From: Chrysochromulina tobinii
Lineage: Eukaryota
Assembly (NCBI GenBank): GCA_001275005.1
Contig: JWZX01003263.1
Location: 1-64,000 of the forward strand
Reading direction: 5' to 3'
Length of the DNA stretch: 64,000 nt
In this document: positions 48,961 through 60,019 of the stretch, piece after piece
Position numbering within the stretch: the stretch's first letter is position 1
Layout of the letters: every line of letters starts with the position of its first letter
Translations under genes and position numbers: made by a program
The notes under the pieces: generated by a model
Told to the model about the DNA's origin: nothing
The model's input: the letters and a program-made list of their open reading frames with translations, nothing else
The model's database searches: none

Positions 48961-51900
48961 CTATTTGAGGATCAAATCATCGTCCAGCTGCTCGACCGCT
49001 TCGAGCCAGGTACCCTGCACCTCATCCCACCCGCTGTAAAAGTCGAGTCGGTCTTCAAAGACATCGAGGAAGAGGGAGAGGTCTTCCTTCGACACCGCTA
49101 GGAGCGTCCGAAGCCCGTCGAAGAGGATAAACTGTGCGGTGACGATGATGGCCAGTGAGAGGCAGCGCTGCTTGACGCCAGCGTACAGCACCGAGGCCTT
49201 AGCTGCCACGTCATCGGACTCAGCACCCGCGAGCACATCGTCCAGCGCTGCGCGCCAGTTGCGTCCAAATCCGCGGGCCGCACATCGGGTGACGACGGTA
49301 TCGGCCGGATGGCTGACCAGCGCACCCATGAACCCGGCGACGATCCCGGAGATGAGGGAGACGACGAGTGCGAAGGAGGGCCGTTCACTCGCCGCGGGCA
49401 AGATCGAGAGCAGCGCGTCCTGAGTGCTCGCGTACACGAGGAGTTTCGTCACCTGCATGCAACGAGACTCGCAGTCAAGTCAAGTCAAGTCAAGTCAAGT
49501 CAAGTCACCTGCATGTAACGAGACTCGCAGGCGTTTCAGAGCGGAACTCAACGAGGGGCACTCAGAGGGTGCACTGACTCAGAGGGGTCGCACAGAGGGG
49601 TCGCACAGAGGGGGCGATCTCGGTGCAATCTCAGTTCTCACCCCAAACGGGAGCTCGCGCCCCATGAGCGTGGGTAACCCGTCCCATGGCCGGAGCACAT
49701 CTCGCTGTTTATCTCGCTGTGCCGTGGACGAAACCACGCGCGCCGTCGCGGGCGTCGAGGTGACCACGGCAGCGCTGCTCGCGGCGGCGCGCTGTCGTGA
49801 GCTCTCATCTGGCATCGTGAGTGACAGCTTGGTCGACGTCGTCGCGACGCCTGCGCCTTCCGTGGCTGCTCGGGCAGCAGGAGCGTCACCTCGCATCACG
49901 AGGTCGAGAGCTTCCACAAGGTTCTGTGGCGCGTCGGGCGCGCCACTGCCCGTCATGATCTTCACTCGCGCCGTCTCAAAAGGGGAGGAGCACACGGAGG
50001 CCGCCACGGCCTGCAGCAAGCAAGCTGTGAAGAGGATCGGAGTGGCGAGGTCTGCGGGGGCCGCTGGGCCCATGACGAACGCCGCCAGCTGCGGAATCGT
50101 GCGCCTGAGGAATTCAAACGTCCCAAACGAACCCGCACCTGCCGCGAAGCCCGCAGCAATGGACGCTTCGATGCCCAAAAAGGGCGACGAAGGGGGGGGC
50201 GGTGGTGCAGTCGCGGCAGCGGTGGGCGGGGGCGGGTCCCCGACGCCCGGGACGATGCCCCTAATGTGCTGCTCCGACTGCGCTGTGCTGTTGAGCGATG
50301 GCTGCGTAGGAGTCCCGGCGGGCGCTTTGGCTGTCTTGATCGCTGCCTGGCGACGCGTCTTGATGAGGTCGATGGGCGACGTGACTGCACGGGTCGTGGC
50401 GGAGCAGAGTCCGCCGGCGATGGCCAGTCGAGCGACCAGCGCGGGGCTGAGCGGAACGTCCTGACGAACCCCACCCGAGATGGATGTGGGCAGCGTGGAG
50501 ACCTCCTGCGAGAGGAGACTCTCACTCTTGCGACCGGCCACTTGGTTTCCGACGAGGTTCCCCCTGCACACCGGCAGGCGCGCGCACCGCGTCCGAGGCG
50601 TTGGTGAGGGCACGGGTCCATTGGTCACGGGTCCAATCTCGGTGCAATCTCGGTGCAATCTCGGTACAATCTCGGGCACGGATCCAATGGTAACGGGTCC
50701 AACGGTCAGAAGAACAGGGGAGGGCACCGCGGCGCGCGTAAAGCCCGCAATCTCGGTGCCATCTCGGGGCAATCTCCCGTACAGCCCGAAAGGCAGTCTC
50801 GGCGGCAATCTCGACGGCAATCTCGGCGCAATCTCGCGTACAGCCCGAGAGGAGCTTCGAAGACATAGTCAGGGTTGATCGACTCGTACAGAAGGGATGG
50901 GAAGCGATGGCGAGGCGGTACGCCCACCGGGTACGTTCGGCTAGGCGGCTTGCCAGGGTCGAAGATGGGCGCGCCCTCTTCCGGCGGCAGGAGCGCGAGG
51001 AGCCGGTCGATGACGCCGTCGACGTCACGAGGATTCGAGGGCGGCTTTGGTGGGCGCTGCGGCGGCGAGTCCCTCTCGTCTTCATAACGGTCTTCTCGGT
51101 CACGCAGATCGATGCTACGGGATCGCCACGCCCATGCATCGATGCCCAAATTGGTGCTCGGGACGGCGTTACGAAGCCGGGAGATGCTCTCCTCGTACGA
51201 CGGCGCCAGTCCGTCTGTCGCTGCCCGCTGCCGGCCGAGGGCCAGTGTCGCGCGCGGCGGACGTAGCATGAGGATGTCGGAGGTCGAACGCGCTGAGACC
51301 TGATCGCCGTACCGCGCCGCCATCGACTCGAGCGACCAGGGCGTGGAGGCGAATTCCAGTGGCGAAGGGGTGCGAAAGTTGCTCGATGGCGCCGTGGTGG
51401 GCGCCGTCGCCCTCGCGGCCATCGACTTCCGCACGCGCTCGTCACTACGCTCGCGATTGGAGTCACGCGAGGGGGTGCGCGGGGAGAAGAAGCGAACGTC
51501 GAGATCCTGTGAGGACCCATAGCCGGCGCCAAACCGGCTCAGCGGGACGGACCCTACCTCGTACTCCAAGAGCACCTGATGAGGAGAGCCATCCGAGGGT
51601 CATCAGAGGTGCGCAATCAGCCGCAATCAGGGCTCGTACTCGTCGAGTATGCCGCAATCAGGGCCCTCGGCGCCCGTGACGACGCCTGAGATGCAATCAA
51701 CCACAATCGACTGCAATCAACCGCACTCAGGCGCACCTTGCCCTTGGCGCCCGCGACGACGCCGGTGAGGGCGCGCGGAGGTGGCGCGACCACAACCTGC
51801 ACTCGATCCGTGCCCTTATAGCCTGCGCCCGGGTCCGTCAGCACAAACGCGACGACGGAGCCGTCGCGCACGATAGCTCGTGCCTGGGCGGCGCGCCTGC

Positions 51901-53090
51901 CACGGCGCCAAGGCTCGAGTTTCAAGAGAGTCGGGTCCTTGTAACGACCATCCTCCGGTGTCGAGCTGCTACCGCCTTGGGGAGCCGTGATTGAGACGAG
52001 GGGTGGACTCGTGTCATTGTAGCCCGAGCCGCCCGACGTGACCACCATCTCGTTCACTCTGCCGGTAGGGCGCAGCTGAGGCACGCCAGCGACCGCGGCC
52101 TTGGATGCTTGGCGGACCTGATGAGAGAGGCAATCAGAGACCATCGGAGGCCATCGGAGGTCATCGGAGGGCATCGGAGGGCATCCGTGGCAATTAAGTT
52201 GCAATCAGAGCTCATCGGTGTCATCGGATGTCATCAGATGTAATCAACTACAATCAGGCTCCTCAGGGCTCCGGCAATGGACGAACCAGTGGCGCGGCGG
52301 GTAGGGGCAGCGCGGGGATCGGCAGCCCGGCCGCCAGCCCCGCCTCGCTCAGGACGAAGGAGCCGCCATCGATCACCACGATGCCCGAGGCACGCCGGTT
52401 CTCTTGCTCAGCCGCTAGCTGCTCGATCGAGTCGGTTGGCTGCACGCCCGGCGGGAGGAGAGAGAAGAGGAGCGCGAGCTGCCGGAGGGCATCGGGCCTC
52501 GCACCGTAGCGCGAGCGCAGCAGCGTCAACAGCTGCCGGATGCGCACGGCGTCCTGCGACGTGATCGGCTCAGCCCACTTTCCACTTGGCGGTGTGAATG
52601 AGCACAGGGCCTTCTCGACGGCGCCCGAGTACTCGCGAAGCTGCGTGATGCGCGCTTCCGAGACCTGCTTCCTCGTCCACGCAAGGGGTATCTCGGCGGC
52701 GCGTGCGCGCCACAGCTGCCGTGACGGCCGATCGTAGGTGAGGAGAAAGCGCGACAAGTAATTGATGAACTTAGGCCCGAACGCAGCTCGTGCGTCTATC
52801 GCAGAGCAGGAGCCACCCACGGAGCTGCTCGCAGCTTTCCACACCAGGAGCCCGTCTGGCACCCCGACGACCGTCGCCGGCGCTGGCGCTGGTGTCAAAG
52901 CAGACAGCGCGGATCCGGCGGCTGCGAGTAGGAGGTGGCGCCGGCGCTCGTGAAACGTAGGATCCGGAGCTGTGTGGCGCCCTATCTCTGGAGGCGCCTG
53001 TGGGCTGTGCAATGGATGCGGAAGCCCTCCACAACGTGGAGCCATCCGAGGCGATGCACTGAGTCCAAATACTACGCAGAGCAGCAACAT
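48961..53090 (-). CDS. Mitochondrial carrier family protein (phosphate-carrier-like) with a long N-terminal extension and signal-like N-terminus, 5 exons
   Basis: Three carrier motifs PIDLIKTR, PFETARVK, PADTVVTR, plus RELPF; introns 52118-52286, 51576-51736, 50564-50841, 49453-49641. Confidence 0.75.
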
Positions 53091-53362
53091 GGCACACCTC
53101 GGCGACCAGACGTGGGCAAGCGTGGGTTTAGGAGGCCTCTATTGGCTCCGACCTTCCATGAATTCCTTTTCCTGATCACAAGGCGGTGCCGAGATCGACC
53201 GAGATCAAGACGCTCTTTCCCCCGACTCAGGAGGAGGCGCGTACTCGAAACCACACCACACTTTCAAATTCAGGGCGCAAGACGCGTGTGCGCGCGCCCG
53301 CCCGCCGCACCTCTGGCGTTGTCCTAGTCTCCTAGCTGTACTTTGCTCGTGGTTTTCGAGAC

Positions 53363-54171
53363 CTAACGCAACGTATCCACGACCGAATACCCCTGATCGA
53401 ATGGCACCGGGATGCCCTGCCGTTCGAGTTCAGAGCGTGTGTGGTACTGGAAATGCGCGGCAAGCTGCGTGAGGAGCGGAGGGGCGAGCACGCTTCAGTG
53501 ACGCACAGATGTGCTCGATGGGCTCGTGTCTGGAAGTCTCGCAAAAGGGCTGTACGTAAGGCTGTACGTAGGCTAGTTCGTAGGAGTCATCATGGGTGGA
53601 GCGTGCTGCCGCGAGTCACGGCTCGCGCGGGTCGATCGAGCATCATGCATCAAGGGCGAGCACAACGACGGAGCGTGTGCGCGCGCCGGCGCACCAGCTT
53701 GCGCGCGCGCTCAAACTTCAACTCTTCGGGAAGCGCTTGACCGCCAAGGTCCGCCGGGATGCAGAACTTGGCAGGGGCGGTCGTGCTGAATTCCAGTGGG
53801 AAGTCCTCCGTGCCGCCCCGCGCCTTGATGAGTCCAAAGCTGTCGGTGATCTTCACAGTCGTCTCTATGGCGTTGCTGTCGCTCGTGAAGGAGATGGAAT
53901 GCCGCCCGGCCGGCGCGCAGTAGGGCCCAAACGCACGGTGCAGCCCCCAAAACGATCCGATCTCGTACGTTAGGGTGGAATTGTCGGTTGCGTTTTGGAG
54001 CCGGAGCAGCCCACTGCCCTGGTTACCGTCGCCATTCTCGTCTCGGAAGTCGATGACGATCAGGTCGCCGTCACAGCAGCCGCTCTGCCACACGACACGG
54101 TTGTCGCCCGTGTGGACCCCCACGCGCGGATAGGCGATGGCGAGCGCGAGGTTGGGTAGCAGGAAGGACAT
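53363..54171 (-). CDS. Small hypothetical, possibly secreted, protein (2 exons)
   Basis: MSFLLPNLALAIA... ORF; intron 53465-53694 gives in-frame ...RKL|LAAHFQYHTRSEL...TAG. Confidence 0.5.
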
Positions 54172-54325
54172 GGGACCGTTCTGAGTCCGAGAAAAAAGGG
54201 ACCAAAGCGTAAAAATTCGCATGCAAAGCCAAATGCGCGAACACATAGGCGACGATGACGCATGCATTCAATTGTATAGCCATGCGTAAACATGTCGTCT
54301 CGGGGAAGTTTCGAATCAACGTGTG

Positions 54326-57300
54326 ATGTTCCTTTCTATGAAGCGCATCCTCTGTGCGCTCGTCTGTGCGCTCGTGCTCGCGCTGCTGCAGCTCGGACCG
54401 CTGCAGCAGCGTATCTTGCTGGACGCCCGAGCTGCGTCAGATACGCTGCAGCAAGCTAACCTCTGCCGATTAGAGTGCACGGTTGGCGGCGGGGCCGAGC
54501 CGGGATTCCTCGACGAAGGACCTTTGGTCGTGCCGCTGCCGCCTGGCGCGACGCTGCATCTGGCTGGCCGTCCCGGCCGAGGATGCGCCGTGGCGCCCAA
54601 GAGCATGCTGCAGCTGCCCCATGGCATCGGTCGGCTCCCTCGCATCCATTCCGCCTTTGGTGATCTTCGTCTGGTGCCGCATGGAGCACTGCTGCGATCG
54701 CCGCTGCCAACTGCAGATCGCCGCAACGACAGCCGATGCGTCGAGCCGTTTAACGAGCCTTCCGCTCACGAGCATGCATCCATGGCCTCGACACGATGGC
54801 TCGCGTCGCGCTTGCACGCGCGCTGCATGCTCCCGCCAGGTACCTTGTTGGCCGACCTCTCCCCTGATTGCCTCTGATTGCCTCTGATGAACTCTGATGA
54901 ACTCTGATTGCCTCCCACATCAGGTACCTTGTTGGCCGACCTCTCCTCTGATTGCCTCTGATTGCCTCTGATGACCTCTGATGACCTCTGATTGCCTCCC
55001 TCATCTTTCCCTCATCAGGTACCTTGTTGGCCATGTCGTCGGCCGCCGCCGCCGATGGCGCGCCACCGAGCTCAGAGGCCCATCACACGTCGTCGCGTGC
55101 CAGCGCAACGGACGAGGGATCTTGCGTGTCGGCGCCGCTGCGCCAAGCCTGGCTCCGTCCGTCTGCCTCTTTACAGCTTCGCTCTTCACAGCTCCATCCG
55201 TCTCCCTCGGCGCACGCGGGTCGCCAGTGGGTCGCTAGCGGCCACGACCCTCTAGGGATGACACGTACCGCGGCGGCAGCGGATGAGGAGGCAGCGAGCA
55301 ACGCGGCGCTCAATGCATCGCTGGGTGCGGATGTAGGCGGCGCGGCGGCGCTCGAGGTGCCCACGACGGCGCTCGTGGTCTCCGTGCTCCTGCAACTGCC
55401 CACGACGGCGCTGCCAGACGAAACCACCCTCGCCACGCTCCGCCACCTCATCGCCCAGCTGAGTTGGTCCGCGAGCGCCGTCCCGGGCACGAGCGCCGTC
55501 CCGGGCACGAGCGCCGTACCGGGCGCGAGCGCCGTACCGGGCGCGAGCGCTTTACGGGCGCACCTCGAGGCAAGCGCTGGGCAGCCTAGCGCTGGGCAGC
55601 CTAGCGGCCTTGCTGCACGACCAAAAGGCGCGCGTGCCGCCGACGTGGCAGCTGCTGCTGCTCAGCGCCCGCCCGCTCTGTTCCGAACCTCCAGAGCTCG
55701 TCGATCTCCTCCGGCAGCTGCCCGACGGTGGTGCACTTGGCACCGGCGCGGGAGCGGGAGCCGAGCGCCGTACCGGGCGCGAGCGCCGTCACGGTCGCGA
55801 CTGGCGACCTGGACGAGAGCGCCGTCTCGGGCGCGGATCAGAGCGTCGTCTCGGGCGCGAGCGAGGCGGCGGGCAAGCGCGCGCCGGTGCTGCTAGGCGC
55901 TCGGCCAATGCCGGCGCAGGACACGATGGCGCCCGTCACGGCGCCCCTTGAGGCTCCCCCCACGCCGCTGAGTGCGGAGGTGCGGCGCGTTTGGGACCTC
56001 TCCCCTGATTGCCTCTGATTGCCTCTGATGACCTCTGATTGCCTCCCTCATCAGGTGCGGCGCGTTTGGGACCTGCTGGCTCCTGCAACAGCGACACGCG
56101 TGCTCGCGGACTCGAGATCGCATCTGGCCGCTGGGGCACTGGCCGCGCGACTCTCGCTCCTTCACAAGAGCCCTCAGTGCGACGTGCTGTTCACACCGGC
56201 GGGCGCCACGGTCGCTGTGGACGGCGTCATGGCTGCTGGTGAGTTGCATGCAAGTGCTCACCACGGCGTCATGGCTGCTGGTGGCGGTGGTGCACGCGTC
56301 GGCGGCGCTGGTGGCGCCAAAGGCTCTGGCGAAACGCCCAAGGCGGTGCCCGACGCCACCGCCGCCACCAGCACTGCCTCCGCCGCCGCCGCCGCCACCG
56401 CCGCCGTGACTGGGGAGTCTATCGGTGGCAATCTCGGTGGCAATCTCGGTGGCAATCTCGATGGCAATCTCGGTGGCAATCCCGGGGATGATGCCTCGTT
56501 GTCATCCAGTGCAGCGTCCTCCACCTCCTTTGATCCCACCTCCTCCTCCTCCTCCTCCTCCACCGCCGCCGCCGCAACGGAGATCGCCGCCGAGATGGCC
56601 GCCGAGATGGCCACGTACAGATCCGCCGTCGAGCCACTTCGCGCGTGGCACTTCTTCGCGCTCGCGCCAAATATGGCAACCGACCACTCGACAGCCTACA
56701 GCCACGCCCCGCCGGCGCCGGCGGCCGCGGCGACGATGCCCCTCCCGTGGCTTCAACGAGCTGCGGTCGAGTCCGCCAGCGTGCCGCGTGGTGCCTGGCC
56801 CGTGTGGCGACCGTTGAGGCTGCCTGCCGCATGCCGCTCAGCCGGAGGGCCCTCGGCGGAAGCGCTCGGTACGGCGCTCGAGGCGGCGGCGGCCTTGGAC
56901 GTCCAGCACGGCGCTTCCACAGATGCCGAGGGTGCGCCCAGCACGGCGCACAGAGCGTGGCAAGCGGACTACGCGGCCGCGGCGGTCGAGTTGGACTACT
57001 GGCTACGCTGCTTGCATGCGGGCGCCTCCATCTGCCATGTTGTGCCGGCCATCGACCCAAATATGGAGGGCGAGAGCGATGAGCATGCAAGTGCTCACCA
57101 CGGCGCGGCGCTCGGCCCAAATATGGAGGGCGAGAGCGATGAGCATGCACATGAGTATGCACCGGCCGCGCTGCACGGCGCGGCGCTCGGCGAGCTGCTG
57201 GCCCGGCATCGCCGCCCGTCGGCACTTCGCATCTTGGTGGTCAACGAGCAGGTGCCTTTGCATGCATGTTGATTAGCTTCGCATCTTGATGGTCAACGAG

Positions 57301-59240
57301 CAGGTGCCTTTGCATGCATGTTGATTAGCTTCGCATCTTGATGGTCAACGAGCAGAGGTGCCCGGGGCCGCGGAGGGAGGTCATCAAGCTGCATGCAAGT
57401 GCTCACCACGGCGCCCCTCACCCCCTTCATCAGGTGCCCGGGGTCACGGAGGGAGGCGATCTGCGGGCCGCGCAGCTCGTCAGCGAGATCGCGGCCGAGG
57501 GGCACGCGGTCACGTACGTGTCCCTGACGCCGGCGCGTCGGCCGGAGGATATCTCGGCGTTGCGAGATGCGGGCTGGCGCGCGTTCGCGCCCTCGTGTGC
57601 GGACTCTCGCGCCGCGTGGTGCGACGAGTGCGGCCAGGTGCAGAGTCGCCCGTTTGTGAGTTGCATGCAGGTGCTCACCACGGCGTCCCACCCCCCTCAT
57701 CAGGTGCAGAGTCGCCAGTTTGTGAGTTGCCGCGTGCAGTCAGCCTCGCGGCTGGCGCACCGCGTGGCCGTGATCGATGACGACGCTCATCTGGACGCTC
57801 TGAGCAGCGCTCGGCACGACGCTCTGGGCAGCGCTTCCAGTGCGGTGGCAGCCGAGGCAGACGTGGTGCTTCTCATCGCATGGTTCTGGCGCTGCGGCGC
57901 TCACCACGGCGCGGCGGAGCTGGCGATGCAGCGGCTGAGTCAGCAGCCGCTGGTGCGGCATTCGCGCGTCGTCGTCGTGAGCGACGACGTTCACTGGGTG
58001 CGTGACGCGTCCGCCCCTTTCTGTAACGACTCTGCGGCCATCCGGGTGCGCGAGCTCTGATGACCTCTGATGACCTCTGATGACCTCTGATGACCTCTGA
58101 TTGCATGCCTCATCAGGTGCGCGAGCTCGCTCTCTACTCGAGCCTCTGATGGCCTCTGATGACCTCTGATGACCTCTGATTGCATGCCTCATCAGGTGCG
58201 CGAGCTCGCTCTCTACTCGAGCGCCGCTCTCACCCTGACTATCACCGATGAGGACCGCGCAAAGCTGAGCGGCCAGCGGCCCGGACTCCCTCTCCGCACA
58301 CTCCCGTTTGCGGCGACGACACCAACGGCAACCGCGCTCGCCGCTGGCTGGGCACAACGGCGCGGCGTCCTCTTTGTCGGATCGTACCACCGGAGTGGCA
58401 ACACGCGCGCACTCCGGTGGTTGCTGCGCCGCGTGTGGCCAAAGGTTCGTCAGGCGGTCCCGTCGGCGAGATTGCATCTCGTCGGCGCTCACGAGTGGCG
58501 CACGGAGGTGTGCGAGCTCTGATGACCTCTGATGATCCCTGATGACCTCTGATGACCTCGGATGGCCTCTGATGGCCTCTGATGAGTATCTGATGAGGAC
58601 CGCGCGGAGGTGCGCGAGCTCACTGATGGCCATTGATGGCCACTGACTACCTCTGATTGAAATCAATTGCCACCGAGGACCATTGATGGCCTCTGATGAC
58701 CGCTGGTTGGCTCGGATGACCATTGATCGGCTTGGATGACCATTGATTGGCTTGGATGACCGCTGTGATTGGCTTGGATGACCGCTGGTTGGCTTGGATG
58801 ACTGATGGGCTTGGATGACCGTTGATTCGCTCTGAGTGCAGGTGCGCGAGTCACGTGCCGAGGGCGTCGAGTCGCTCGGTCAAGTGGAGGATTTGAGTCC
58901 AGCGATGCTCGAGGCTCGTGTGCTCGCGGCACCGGTGCTTGTGCATTCAGGCCTCGCGACCGAATGCATGCTAGCCTTGGGCCATGCGGTGCCGCTCGTG
59001 ACGACGCCGGTGGGCGCTCGCGGGCTACTGACGGCACGCTCGCCCAGCGCGATCGCGATCGCGCGCACAAGCGACGAGTTTGCGGCGGCGCTAGTCTCGC
59101 TGCTGCTTGACCGAAGCGCGTGGGACGCGCAGCGCGCGCGCAGCGTTCACCATGCGGCTGCATATCTCGGCGCGCCCAGGCTGCATCGGCAGCTTCGCCG
59201 CGCCCTCAGCGAGATGCGAGGCGAGTTGGGCTTGGAGTGA
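54326..59240 (+). CDS. Large multi-exon GT4 (GT-B fold) glycosyltransferase-like protein; apparent frameshifts near 55600-55760
   Basis: N-terminal TM; RILVVNEQ|VP....GGDLR; VLFVGSY...N..AL.WL...VWP.VR; GQVEDL, AAPV...SG, VPLVTTPVGARGL; introns 54840-55018, 55980-56054, 57252-57433, 57638-57703, 58046-58195, 58508-58841. Confidence 0.7.
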
Positions 59241-60019
59241 CCAAGGGCAGCTAGAGAACGCCTATACTATTTAGGGACCCAACAATAAGGTGGGTCGCGA
59301 TTAAGGATTTAAGGTTGCGTGACTGTTGCGATCTGTGGGCGCATCTCGTCTGGCGAGCGTTTACTCTATTTATACAGCTCGGTCCTCGGCATGGTCCTCG
59401 GACGTGGGTTGTGCGTCGTGGCGTTTTTCGTGTCTGAAGGATCGATATCTCTGCGTTGCTTACTGCGTTGCTTACCGTACGCGACCGCAGCGCGGCCGCG
59501 GGCTTTTTCTTTCGTGCAGGTCATCTCGGCGAGCGTGACGCGGCGCCGACTGGCCTTGAGCACGTGAAAAGGCGTCCTTGTAGCACACGGTCGATGTGCG
59601 TGACAAAGCCAGCCCTCAGGTGCGTCACCGAGTGCTGCACGCACCTGCTTGGCGATGCGAGTTTGCAGCCAGCCTCCAGCGCTGTTGTGCGCAATTGCGC
59701 GCCATCTTGCTTCTTGGTCAGATGGACCGGGCGGGCGGGCTGGTACGCGTGCAGGCGGTGCGCAGACTACGCCGGCACCCGCGGGCGGCCGTCGTGCCGT
59801 GGGCCGTGGCTTAGGGCGCCAGCCGCCGTCACAGCGCGAGTCCGGGCTTGGCGAACGGCTCGGACGTCGGAGGGTGACTCGGAGGGCGCGGGTGTCTGGA
59901 AGAAGGCCAGCATGGCGAGCAATTTTCTATCAGGTTCGATAGCTTCCACATTAGGAAATAACGTCACTGAACTCAAAGCATCGATCCACACATGTTCACA
60001 GTGCTCTCACAATCATTTT

